This document shows, one piece after another, positions 6,850 to 15,029 of a stretch of DNA of 36,928 nt. The position numbers and the translations under genes were made by a program. Source of the stretch: a virus. Each line of letters starts with the position of its first letter. The stretch's first letter is position 1. The notes beneath the pieces are model-generated. The model was not told the DNA's origin, did not search any database, and was given only the letters and a program-made list of their open reading frames with translations. Location: the IMG/VR virus record IMGVR_UViG_3300026283_000001. The stretch is one strand, 5' to 3'.

Positions 6850-7085
6850 TGCACAAAACCGACACGAAAACACTAGCCAGCGCCATGCGCATTCTGGCTA
6901 TCGAGATTGAGAGCGAAGACGGAATCGCAAAAGCGGCGATTGCTGAGGCGGCAGACCGGCTGGACGAACTCGCAGCAATCGCGCTGGAGTTGCTCAAGAG
7001 CACGCGATGTGAGCAGTCGTTGCCGGACGGTTGCCCGAGGTGCGCGTTGAGCGTGCGCCTTGCCGCTATCGGAATTCGGTCGTGA
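6846..7085 (+). CDS. Hypothetical protein (79 aa)
   Basis: ORF-track entry. ATGA overlap with the upstream gene. Confidence 0.6.
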   Translation: MMHKTDTKTLASAMRILAIEIESEDGIAKAAIAEAADRLDELAAIALELLKSTRCEQSLPDGCPRCALSVRLAAIGIRS

Positions 7086-7300
7086 TGTGCGGCGCGTCCC
7101 CGTGCGACAAGCTGGACTGTACGCATAGCGAGCAGCATAGAGCGGCGTGCGAGGCGCGAACGGTTATGCGCTGGCATCGTGCCGCGAGGCAGGATTACTA
7201 CGCCAGAGTGAGCCTGGCGAGGGGAGAGAAAGCTGCGCTAGAATTGGCGGCGGCAGTATCGGAGCAATGGAAAAAAACCGGCGCGGCGGTCCCGCGATAA
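7085..7300 (+). CDS. Hypothetical Cys-rich protein (71 aa)
   Basis: Distal part of ORF 7031..7300. ATG 7085 (or GTG 7082) overlaps the upstream stop. Confidence 0.55.
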   Translation: MCGASPCDKLDCTHSEQHRAACEARTVMRWHRAARQDYYARVSLARGEKAALELAAAVSEQWKKTGAAVPR

Positions 7301-7319
7301 TCACGAAAGGAGCATTAGC

Positions 7320-7616
7320 ATGGCGACATATCAGGACCTGGTAGCACAGAAAAAAGAGCTTGACGCGCTGGTCGAGTCGGCGCGTAAGGCGGAAGTGTCG
7401 GCGGCTGTCGCTGAGGTCAAGCGTCTGGTCGGCGAGTACGGGCTGTCGGCTGTCGATTGCGGATTCGGCGCCCCGGCAAAGAATACGAGGTACAAAGTGC
7501 CGGTCAAGTACCGCGGGCCGAACGGTGAAGCCTGGACAGGGCGCGGGAAAACGCCGGCGTGGGTCATCGCGCAAGAAGCGGCCGGACGCACGCGAGAATC
7601 GCTCATGGCAAACTGA
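7320..7616 (+). CDS. H-NS family nucleoid-associated DNA-binding protein
   Basis: N-terminal coiled coil (YQDLVAQKKELDALVESARKAE) plus the C-terminal H-NS DNA-binding signature KYRGPNGEAWTGRGKTPAW. Confidence 0.85.
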   Translation: MATYQDLVAQKKELDALVESARKAEVSAAVAEVKRLVGEYGLSAVDCGFGAPAKNTRYKVPVKYRGPNGEAWTGRGKTPAWVIAQEAAGRTRESLMAN

Positions 7617-7617
7617 C

Positions 7618-7962
7618 ATGACGACCCGGGCGCATGCGGCGATAGCTGAAAAACTCGACCAGGTGGCGGACGAGATGCGAGCTGCGTCAGATGTCATCCG
7701 GGCTCGATCGTCTCGCACGCCAGAAAAGCCGCACCTCGTGGCGCTGGCAAGAAGCGCTCGCGTTGCGGCTCTGATGCTGCGCGCTCACATGCCGGACTCA
7801 GATCGGGCGATGCATCTGGCAGTGGAGCTGATTGGCGTCGGATGTGGGCTGCGCGAGTGGGCCGATTACGCGCCATGCGCATCGGTCGACAAGATGCGGG
7901 CAGAGAATTTGCAGGCGGTCGCCGGGTTCGTTGCGGCGCGGGCGCAGGAGCTGAGGTCATGA
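7618..7962 (+). CDS. Hypothetical protein (114 aa)
   Basis: Distal part of ORF 7360..7962 starting MTTRAHAAIAEK, 2 nt after the H-NS-like stop. Confidence 0.6.
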   Translation: MTTRAHAAIAEKLDQVADEMRAASDVIRARSSRTPEKPHLVALARSARVAALMLRAHMPDSDRAMHLAVELIGVGCGLREWADYAPCASVDKMRAENLQAVAGFVAARAQELRS

Positions 7963-8126
7963 CACAAGATCGCATTGAGCAGTTCGAAGAGCGCGCCGCA
8001 ATCATCGAATTCGAGTCCGGCGAGCACATCTCGCGGCAGGCATCAGAGAAATTGGCGGCCGAGTATTTGCAGCTCACGGAAGACGAAATCGAATTCCTGC
8101 AAGGGGCCGGCATTGCGAGATTTTGA
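7959..8126 (+). CDS. Hypothetical acidic protein (55 aa)
   Basis: Distal part of ORF 7842..8126 starting MTQDRIEQFEE. ATGA overlap. Confidence 0.5.
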   Translation: MTQDRIEQFEERAAIIEFESGEHISRQASEKLAAEYLQLTEDEIEFLQGAGIARF

Positions 8127-8180
8127 GCGGTGGGAAATTGGCGACCAGGAAGCGGTTGCAATCAGGCGAGAGGAGCAGAC

Positions 8181-8651
8181 ATGCAAGTGATGCCAATCAA
8201 TCGAGACGATAATGGCCTTTGGTGCGGAGCACGAAATCTGCGACGACGGAAAGCCGAAATCGCGGCGGTGTCGGAAGTGCAAGGCCAAGGTTTTGACGAA
8301 ATGAAGCGGGCTCAGGTCGACAAGGTTGTGAGCATCCTTGAGGATTGGGCCATGTGGCAGCGGGCTTATTCTGTATTCCTCGGTGCTCCTCGCCGATCTC
8401 TGGGGTTCGACCTGGGAGGGTCGGCGGTTACTGCTGAGTCTGGCGAGCAGAACAGGGAAGTGGACGACCGGGATCGGTGCAGGGTTGTGGATGCGTGCAT
8501 AGACAGTTTGAAGGTGCCTGCACAGAGGGCGGCTATCCATAGACGGTATCTGTCGGCGGTCTATCGCATGCGCGATTACGAGCAGGCGCTGTGCGCGGCT
8601 CACGAGGCGCTTCTGGTGGAGTTTTTGGATAAGCGGTTGCTAGTGGCTTGA
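8181..8651 (+). CDS. Q-like late-gene antiterminator
   Basis: ORF 8130..8651 from the ATG preceded by GAGGAG. ILEDWAMWQRA ... DDRDRCRVVDACIDSLKVPAQRAAIHRRYL..VYRMRDYE resembles the prophage QuuQ-type Q pattern (LERWGAWA ... DDDAM.I..C...L......L...YY). It is the last gene of the early-right block. Confidence 0.65.
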   Translation: MQVMPINRDDNGLWCGARNLRRRKAEIAAVSEVQGQGFDEMKRAQVDKVVSILEDWAMWQRAYSVFLGAPRRSLGFDLGGSAVTAESGEQNREVDDRDRCRVVDACIDSLKVPAQRAAIHRRYLSAVYRMRDYEQALCAAHEALLVEFLDKRLLVA

Positions 8652-8654
8652 AAG

Positions 8655-8680
8655 AAAAAACCGCCCGAAGGCGTTTTGTT
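8655..8680. terminator. Weak A/T-flanked hairpin between convergent genes (possible bidirectional terminator)
   Basis: aaaaaaccgcc-cgaa-ggcgttttgtt: 4 G-C pairs (8662-8665 / 8670-8673), extendable by A-T pairs. A-run upstream and T-run downstream. Confidence 0.4.
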
Positions 8681-8721
8681 GTGACAGGTGGATGGTGGGA
8701 TGCTGCTTTCAGATCGCCTGC

Positions 8722-9150
8722 CTAAATCCTTTGTTTTCTGTCAGTTTTTGATTGAAAAACTTCTAGATTGGACGGTTCGTTGTTTTGCTTATTTCCATCT
8801 TTGTGCCGAACAATTTCTGATCGAGAAAGCTCTCTTCCGATGATCTCTTCCATCACCATGCGATGCTCTGCAGCGTAACTACCAGACCCGGATAAATGGT
8901 GGTTTGGAGCGTACAAGAAACAACAGCCTTTGCGATAAATCACCCCTCCGTTCCAGTTTGGATGGAACCGTCCACGCCGCGGGCCGCTTTTTTGGGTGAC
9001 TAGCTTAAGTCTCTTACAGGATCGGCTAACCCAGCTTAACGAAACGCCTAGAATTTTGGCCGCTTTATGCTGCGGCATCTTTTGCACTTCTATTAAATGG
9101 CGGAGTTTCGCTTCTAGGTCGTCGCGATCCCGCTTTGCGATCTTTCTCAT
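8722..9150 (-). CDS. HNH (HNH_3-type) homing-like endonuclease with N-terminal HTH
   Basis: YAAEHRMVMEEIIGRELSRSEIVRHKDGNKQNNEPSNLEVF gives the H-x-DG-x3-NN-x3-NL signature. The N-terminus MPQHKAAKILGVSLSWVSRS is HTH-like. G+C is visibly lower than in the flanks. Confidence 0.85.
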   Translation of the reverse strand: MRKIAKRDRDDLEAKLRHLIEVQKMPQHKAAKILGVSLSWVSRSCKRLKLVTQKSGPRRGRFHPNWNGGVIYRKGCCFLYAPNHHLSGSGSYAAEHRMVMEEIIGRELSRSEIVRHKDGNKQNNEPSNLEVFQSKTDRKQRI

Positions 9151-9380
9151 CTAAATCTCATTGTTTGTTCGATGACGCATTGTGCGCCATCGTGGTTTTG
9201 TTTTTCGTCTGCGGAAAGCTTTCCGTCCAGCCAATCCCGCAGCGCCCGTGGCCCTCCGCGCCTCACGTACTCTGCGCGCTGCTGCTCGCTGACGCGGGCG
9301 GTGATCTTGGCCACCTGCCCGCGTGGCGCGATGGTCGGCTGGCGCCCCTGGCCTGGGGCGTTGCCTTTGCGACTTGTCAT
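9147..9380 (-). CDS. Small DNA-binding protein, ribbon-helix-helix-like (77 aa)
   Basis: KITARVSEQQRAEYVRRGGPRALRDWL fits a beta-strand/helix/helix RHH core. ATGA coupling to genes on both sides. Confidence 0.55.
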   Translation of the reverse strand: MTSRKGNAPGQGRQPTIAPRGQVAKITARVSEQQRAEYVRRGGPRALRDWLDGKLSADEKQNHDGAQCVIEQTMRFR

Positions 9381-9670
9381 GCTTCAGCCTTGTTGTTTGC
9401 GCGAACCATCGCCCGATACTCGCGCCGGATTAGTGCGGGCAGTTTGTCGATACTGGAGCAGTGCAGCGTGCTGCCGCGGCTGGACAGCCTTTCGCACACC
9501 TGCGCAGTATTGCCACGGCCAATGTGCTCGATCACGTAACCTCCGTCGCGCGGGCATGAGAATGTGCGCGTCTTGCGGATTGTCTCGTAATTGTCGAAAT
9601 CAGGAGACTCGGCGTCGAATTCAACTGAAACGCTTGCGTCGAACTTGTCGGTGGTGAATTTTGCTTTCAT
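9377..9670 (-). CDS. Hypothetical protein (97 aa), first gene of the inverted cassette
   Basis: ORF 9377..9718 from the internal ATG (MKAKFTTDKF), preceded by AAGGAGA. Confidence 0.65.
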   Translation of the reverse strand: MKAKFTTDKFDASVSVEFDAESPDFDNYETIRKTRTFSCPRDGGYVIEHIGRGNTAQVCERLSSRGSTLHCSSIDKLPALIRREYRAMVRANNKAEA

Positions 9671-9703
9671 GGTGGTTCTCCTTGGTTGTTGTGTGTCGAT
9701 AGC

Positions 9704-9734
9704 TGTATTGTACGACAATACAAAGAAGAGTCAA
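9704..9734 (-). promoter_or_regulatory. Promoter of the inverted cassette with an overlapping 19-bp palindromic operator
   Basis: Minus strand TTGACT (9734-9729), 16-nt spacer, TACAAT (9712-9707). A perfect inverted repeat TGTATTGT-acg-ACAATACA (9704-9722) covers the -10. Confidence 0.6.
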
Positions 9735-9760
9735 GAAGAATTTTGACAATCATCAGGCGC

Positions 9761-9789
9761 TTGACAATGGCCAGAGGCTGTCGCAGAAT
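9761..9789 (+). promoter_or_regulatory. Candidate late promoter (PR'-like)
   Basis: TTGACA (9761-9766), 17-nt spacer, CAGAAT (9784-9789). TTGACAAT is duplicated 18 bp upstream (9743-9750). It lies just upstream of a terminator and of terS. Confidence 0.55.
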
Positions 9790-9821
9790 CAGCACGTCGG
9801 GGCAGAGGTGCGCCCAAAGAG

Positions 9822-9846
9822 AGCCAGCAGAGATGCTGGCTTTTTT
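9822..9846 (+). terminator. Promoter-proximal Rho-independent terminator (tR'-like) in front of terS
   Basis: Stem AGCCAGCA (9822-9829) / TGCTGGCT (9834-9841), GAGA loop, T6 run 9841-9846. It sits ~50 nt downstream of the predicted late start site. Confidence 0.75.
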
Positions 9847-9874
9847 CGTTCACGGAGGTGTTGGAGGTAACGCA

Positions 9875-10318
9875 GTGGCGCTCAATCGTCGGCAAGCGCT
9901 GTTCGTGGCTGAGTACCTCAAGGATTTGAACGCTAGCGCCGCGGCAAGGCGGGCCGGGTACAGCGAGAAAAGCGCGTTCCGAAGCGGCGTGCAGAATATG
10001 CAGAAATCGGCAATCACCGATGCAATCGCAGCGGCGATGAAAGAGCGCGCGGAGCGCGTGCAGATCACCGCAGACAAGGTGCTTGCCGACATTGAGGCTA
10101 TCAAGGCAGACGCGATGCGCGAAGCTGCCGACAAAGAAGGTAAGCGGGCGATGGTCAATCACGCCGCGGCGCTAAAGGCGTGCGAGCTTCAAGGGCGGCA
10201 CCTTCAGATGTTCGTCGATCGGGTCGCAATGACAATCGAGCAGGTGCCGGACGAGGAGCTTGATGGGCGCATCGCTGAGCTTGCACGAAAAGCGGGAACT
10301 GCTCGCGCTACTGACTGA
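9875..10318 (+). CDS. terS: Terminase small subunit
   Basis: ORF 9686..10318 from the GTG at 9875 (GGAGG at 9863-9867). LNRRQALFVAEYLKDLNASAAARRAGYSEKSAFRSGVQNMQKSAITDAI...ITADKVLADIEAIK is the Terminase_2 pattern. Confidence 0.85.
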   Translation: MALNRRQALFVAEYLKDLNASAAARRAGYSEKSAFRSGVQNMQKSAITDAIAAAMKERAERVQITADKVLADIEAIKADAMREAADKEGKRAMVNHAAALKACELQGRHLQMFVDRVAMTIEQVPDEELDGRIAELARKAGTARATD

Positions 10319-11705
10319 GCAGGATCGGCGCCGGTCCCTGCTCAAGTGGTTGAGCTTCTACCCGGAAGGCGGCCCGCTTCGTCGCGAGCTGTACAAGAAG
10401 CACATTGCTTTTTTCGAGGCTGGCGCTCGATACCCGCAGCGGATGATGATGGCCGCGAACCGTGTCGGAAAAACCGAGGGAGTCGGCGCATACGAGGTCG
10501 CGCTGCACCTCACCGGCAATTACCCGGAATGGTGGCCAGGAAAGCGATTTACTCGGCAGACGCGCGGATGGGCAGCCGGCGACACACGACAGACGGTTCG
10601 CGACATCCTTGTCGAAAAGCTGCTCGGGCCGAAGTCTGCGCGCGGCACTGGCATGATTCCCGGACGCCAGATTGTGCGAATTGTTCCGCAGCCAGGCGTG
10701 CCAGATGGCGTGGAGTTGGTAGAGGTAAAGCACGCGAGCGGAAAGATTTCTCGCCTCGGGTTCAAGAGTTTTGACCAGGGTCGAGTCTCTTTTCAGGGCA
10801 CGGAACAGGATTTTGTTTGGTTGGACGAAGAGCCGCCCTCTGACGTCTACGAGGAGTGCCTGACTAGGACGATGACGACTGGAGGCCTGCTTCTGCTGAC
10901 CTTCACTCCGCTGTCGGGGCTGTCGGACGTGGTGATGATGTTCCTGCCTGGAGGAGACATCCGAGAGCAGGCGGACGAGAAAAGCGGCCGATTCGTAGTC
11001 ATGGCGACATGGGACGATGTGCCACATCTCGACGAACGCACGAAAGAAATGCTGTTCGCGAGCTACATGCCGTTTCAGCGCGACGCGCGCACCAGGGGCG
11101 TTCCGGCGCTCGGTAGCGGGGCGATTTACCCGGTGCCAGAGTCCGACATCGTGGTTCCGGATTTCGCGCTTGCGGAGCACTGGCCGCGATGCTACGGGCT
11201 CGATGTGGGGTGGAATCGCACCGCGGCAATTTGGGGCGCTGTCGATCGAGAGACGGGCACGACGTACCTCTACTCGCAGCACTACCGCGGCGAGGCAGAG
11301 CCGATCGTGCATGCGCAGGCGATCAAAAACCGCGGCGAGTGGATACCTGGTGCTATTGACCCGGCGAGCCGCGGCAGGTCGCAGAACGACGGACAGCAGC
11401 TCATGGATTTGTACTGCGGCATGGGGCTCGACTTGGCGCCAGCCGATAACGCGGTCGAGTCAGGCATCTACGACACGTGGACGCTGCTCTCTGCGGGCAA
11501 GCTCAAGGTCTTTGCGAGCTGCCAGGACTGGATCAACGAGTACCGGATTTATCGTCGAGACGACAAAGGGCGCGTGGTGAAAAAGCACGATCACCTGATG
11601 GACGCCTCTCGGTATCTCGTGCGCACAGGGCGAGACCTGGCGCGCTGCAAGCCGGTCGACAAACAGGACGAGCAGGACTACGGGAGCGGCGGATGGATGG
11701 GCTAA
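10263..11705 (+). CDS. terL: Terminase large subunit
   Basis: ORF 10260..11705. Walker A-like AANRVGKTEG, DFVWLDEEP (Walker B) and a C-terminal nuclease region; synteny terS-terL-portal. The exact start is uncertain because it overlaps the terS end. Confidence 0.9.
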   Translation: MGASLSLHEKRELLALLTEQDRRRSLLKWLSFYPEGGPLRRELYKKHIAFFEAGARYPQRMMMAANRVGKTEGVGAYEVALHLTGNYPEWWPGKRFTRQTRGWAAGDTRQTVRDILVEKLLGPKSARGTGMIPGRQIVRIVPQPGVPDGVELVEVKHASGKISRLGFKSFDQGRVSFQGTEQDFVWLDEEPPSDVYEECLTRTMTTGGLLLLTFTPLSGLSDVVMMFLPGGDIREQADEKSGRFVVMATWDDVPHLDERTKEMLFASYMPFQRDARTRGVPALGSGAIYPVPESDIVVPDFALAEHWPRCYGLDVGWNRTAAIWGAVDRETGTTYLYSQHYRGEAEPIVHAQAIKNRGEWIPGAIDPASRGRSQNDGQQLMDLYCGMGLDLAPADNAVESGIYDTWTLLSAGKLKVFASCQDWINEYRIYRRDDKGRVVKKHDHLMDASRYLVRTGRDLARCKPVDKQDEQDYGSGGWMG

Positions 11706-12037
11706 GCGTGCGCGAGGTTCGAGCAGGCGCGGCAAGCGCCATCGTCGCCGAGAGCGTCGCAATTCCTCCGCGCATCCGATCAAAGGTGCTCGAAGTGCGC
11801 AGCGTATTTGTCCCAGAGAACAGCCGCAAAGCTGGCCTCGGAAATGCGTTGCTGCGCAAGCTCTGCGCCGACGCGGACATCGCCGGAAATGCGCTGTTCC
11901 TGATGCCTGACGGCGGCGACGACGCAGAGACTGCGCGCCTTGAGCGCTGGTACGCAACGCACGGATTCGAGCGCATCCAGGGCGACCCGGTTGTGGTCAT
12001 GCTCCGCAAGCCGCAACATCCGCTGATCAAACACTGA
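11693..12037 (+). CDS. Minimal GNAT-type acetyltransferase (114 aa)
   Basis: Distal part of ORF 11477..12037 starting MDGLSVREV. Acetyl-CoA motif A RKAGLGNALLRKL, and a C-terminal WYATHGFERI typical of the GNAT beta-bulge region. Confidence 0.6.
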   Translation: MDGLSVREVRAGAASAIVAESVAIPPRIRSKVLEVRSVFVPENSRKAGLGNALLRKLCADADIAGNALFLMPDGGDDAETARLERWYATHGFERIQGDPVVVMLRKPQHPLIKH

Positions 12038-12043
12038 GGACGC

Positions 12044-14155
12044 ATGAAGCAGAAAAGCAAAGCCGACGACGACATCATCGCCGAGGCCAACGCTCGGTAC
12101 GCCCGCTGCTTGGCGTTCGAGGCGGACAATCTCAAGGAGGCGCGAGACGATTTTCAGAAGCTGGCGGGCAATCACTGGCCCGCAGAAGCTGCGCAGCAGC
12201 GCGCAATCGAGCGCCGTCCGTGCATCACGATCAACAAATTGCCCGCGTTTTTGCACACGGTAACGAACGACCAGCGACAGAACAAGCTCGGCATCAAGGT
12301 GCATCCGGTCGATGATGGCGCGGACATCAAAACCGCCGACGTGCTGCAGGGGCTGATTCGCCACGTGGAGTACGAAAGCGGAGCCGATGCGGCATACGAC
12401 ACCGCAGGATTCCATGCTGCCGCCTGTGGTTTCGGGTTTTTCCGCATTCGCACCGAGTACGACCGCGAAGATTCATTTGACCAAGTCGCAAGGTTCGAAC
12501 GCTTCCGCTCTCCGTTTTCGGTGCATCCGGATCCGGACGCAAAAGAGCCTGACGGAAGCGATCAGGATTTTTGTTTTGTGGACGGCACGATCGCGCGATC
12601 CGAAGTCAAGCGCGACCATCCCGGCGCGTCGGCGGCAGTCTCGAACGAGAGCGACGGCACGGACGACGTGATGCTGCTCTGCTCGGAATATTACCGGGTC
12701 GAGCAGTCGCCGGCCGCGCTTGTGCGCCTGAGCAACGGCGAAACGGGCTGGAAAGATGACGTGATCGAACTGCCGTTCGGCGTCACGATTGTCGATGAGC
12801 GCAAGAGCAGGCGCCGAAAAGTCATGTGGTACAAGCTCTCGTCTTCTGAGTCTGTCGAGCGCGGCGCGGTCGGCATGCCAGGCAGCTCAACGACGTTCAC
12901 GGATGTGCTTGAGCGCGCCGAGATTCCCTGCCGATGGATCCCGGTTTTCCCGGTCTATGGCGAGGAACTGGAGATCGACTCGAAAGTCGTTCGCTCCGGG
13001 CTGATTCGGCACGCCAAAGGCCCGTCAGTGATGTACGACTACTGGATGACCGCGGCGACAGAGGAAGTCACGCTGCGCCCCAAAACGCCATTCATCGGCG
13101 CCGAGGGACAGTTCGAGGGTCACGAGAAGAAATGGCGCGCGGCGAATGTGCAGACGTTCGCGTATCTGGAATACAAGCCGCGCACGATTGGAGGTAGTCT
13201 CGCGCCTCCTCCGCAGCGACAGCCGATGGCCGACATCCCGTCTGGCGTGCTGCAGATGGCGATGCACGCCGCGGACGAAATCAAATCAACAACCGGCATT
13301 TTCGATTCGTCTCTCGGCGCCCGCGGTACGGCCACAAGCGGCATTCAGGAGCGCGAGCAAAAGCGCCAGGGCAACGTCGCAAACTTCCACTTCTCGGACA
13401 ACCTGACGCGCGCGGTGCGCCATGCAGGGCGCTGCCTCGTGGACATGATCCCGCGGATTTACGACACGGAGCGCGTCGTCCGCATTCTCGGCGATGACGA
13501 GAAGGTATCGCACACGACGATCAATCAGCCGCTCGAGCGTCCGGAGATTGATGAGAAGACCGGCGCCATTCGCACGGTATTGAACGATCTGACGGTCGGC
13601 AAATACGACGTGACCGTATCCGCAGGCGCCAGCTACTCGACACGCAGGCAGGAAGCCTCTGATGCGATGGTTTCGTTTGGCCAGTCCTGGCCGAAGCTGA
13701 TGGACGTTGCAGGTGACAAGGTTGTCACGGCGATGGACTGGCCAGGCGCCGAAGAAATCGCGGAGCGCATCAAGCGCACGATCCCGCCCGAATTGCTCGG
13801 CGATGATGGCGAAGAGGGCGGCGAACAATGGAAACAACTGCCGCCGCAAGTGCTGCAGATCGTCCAGCAAGCGCAGCAGCACATTCAACAGCTCGAAGCC
13901 GAACTGCAGGACGCAAAGACCGGCATCGAAAAGGCGCGCATCAGCGCCGAGTCGTCCGAGCGAGTCGCACAGATCAACGCCAACGGCCGGCAGGACGTGG
14001 AAGAGCTGAAAGGCTGGATTTCGATGCTCATGCAGAGCATGCAACCGCCGCCAGCACTCAACGCCGCGGCGATGCAGACCCAAGAACAGCAGCAAGAACC
14101 AATCGCGCAGGGGCCGGGCCAGCCTCCTGAATTCGCGCCCGGCCAGCAGTTTTGA
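12044..14155 (+). CDS. Portal protein (P22-like)
   Basis: 703 aa, directly after terL. The N-terminus (ARYARCLAFEADNLKEARDDFQKLAGNHWP...RPCITINKLPAF) fits the P22-type portal pattern. GAGGA RBS. Confidence 0.9.
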   Translation: MKQKSKADDDIIAEANARYARCLAFEADNLKEARDDFQKLAGNHWPAEAAQQRAIERRPCITINKLPAFLHTVTNDQRQNKLGIKVHPVDDGADIKTADVLQGLIRHVEYESGADAAYDTAGFHAAACGFGFFRIRTEYDREDSFDQVARFERFRSPFSVHPDPDAKEPDGSDQDFCFVDGTIARSEVKRDHPGASAAVSNESDGTDDVMLLCSEYYRVEQSPAALVRLSNGETGWKDDVIELPFGVTIVDERKSRRRKVMWYKLSSSESVERGAVGMPGSSTTFTDVLERAEIPCRWIPVFPVYGEELEIDSKVVRSGLIRHAKGPSVMYDYWMTAATEEVTLRPKTPFIGAEGQFEGHEKKWRAANVQTFAYLEYKPRTIGGSLAPPPQRQPMADIPSGVLQMAMHAADEIKSTTGIFDSSLGARGTATSGIQEREQKRQGNVANFHFSDNLTRAVRHAGRCLVDMIPRIYDTERVVRILGDDEKVSHTTINQPLERPEIDEKTGAIRTVLNDLTVGKYDVTVSAGASYSTRRQEASDAMVSFGQSWPKLMDVAGDKVVTAMDWPGAEEIAERIKRTIPPELLGDDGEEGGEQWKQLPPQVLQIVQQAQQHIQQLEAELQDAKTGIEKARISAESSERVAQINANGRQDVEELKGWISMLMQSMQPPPALNAAAMQTQEQQQEPIAQGPGQPPEFAPGQQF

Positions 14156-14169
14156 TCGTGGAGCCATCC

Positions 14170-15003
14170 ATGCAGGAAGCACAAGAGCAGCAAACATCGT
14201 CGCCGGCAGACGCAAGCAGTGAAGCGCCGGAAACCGTAACCGAGGAACTACAGCAGTCCGAGCAGCAGGAAGCCGCAGAGAAGCCCGAAGAGGGCGACGA
14301 AGGCGACGACCAAGGCGGCGAGGAAAAGCCGCAGGAGAAGCCAAAGCGCAGCGCTCGTGAGCGTATCAACGAGTTGACGAAGCGGGCGCACGAGGCAGAG
14401 CGAGAGGCGCAGCGCTGGCGCGAAGCCGCCGAGAGAAAGACGGCTGATCCCTCCGAGAAGCCAAACCCTGACAAATTCGGTTCGTATGACGAGTACGTCG
14501 AGGCGTTGGCGGACTGGAAAGCTGATCAGCGGGTCGCCGAGTCGTTCAAGAGGCGCGATGCCGAGCGGTCGCAGGCGGCAGAGGCGCGGGCGGCAGAAGC
14601 CAAGGCGCAAGCCTGGGCAGAGCGGCAGAGCGAATTCCGCGAAGCCACGCCGGACTATGACGCAGTTGTAGGAAAGTCGGCTGTGCAAATTGCGCCGCAC
14701 GTCGTCGACACGCTGCTCGACAGCGAATCGGGGCCGGAGCTTGCTTATCACCTCGCCAAACGCCCGGAAACGGTCAAGCGCATCAATGCACTGTCTCCGC
14801 TCTCGGCAGCGCGAGAACTCGGACGGATCGAGGCAACGCTATCGAATCCGGCCGCGCCACAATTCAAGCCGGCCAGCAAAGCGCCTGCGCCGATTACGCC
14901 AGCTCGCTCTTCCGCGCCTGCGGCAGTCGACTTGGCATCTGCAAACATGGACCAGTACATCGCCGCACGTCGCAAACAAGGCGCGACATTCAGGCGGCGG
15001 TAA
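14170..15003 (+). CDS. Scaffolding protein
   Basis: ORF 14152..15003 from the ATG at 14170 (GGAG 6 nt upstream). Acidic, Ala/Glu/Arg-rich helical protein between portal and coat. Confidence 0.75.
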   Translation: MQEAQEQQTSSPADASSEAPETVTEELQQSEQQEAAEKPEEGDEGDDQGGEEKPQEKPKRSARERINELTKRAHEAEREAQRWREAAERKTADPSEKPNPDKFGSYDEYVEALADWKADQRVAESFKRRDAERSQAAEARAAEAKAQAWAERQSEFREATPDYDAVVGKSAVQIAPHVVDTLLDSESGPELAYHLAKRPETVKRINALSPLSAARELGRIEATLSNPAAPQFKPASKAPAPITPARSSAPAAVDLASANMDQYIAARRKQGATFRRR

Positions 15004-15029
15004 TCCACATCATCACGGAGCAATAAAAC

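Noticed and set aside
8722-9150. HNH endonuclease as a terminase-associated cos-cleavage helper
   Set aside because: It is oriented opposite to terS/terL, has aberrantly low G+C, and the terminase and portal are P22-like (headful). A homing-type mobile gene seems more likely, although the helper role is not excluded.
10308-11312. 334-aa ORF antisense to terL
   Set aside because: Antisense open frame in GC-rich coding DNA. terL is strongly supported on the + strand.
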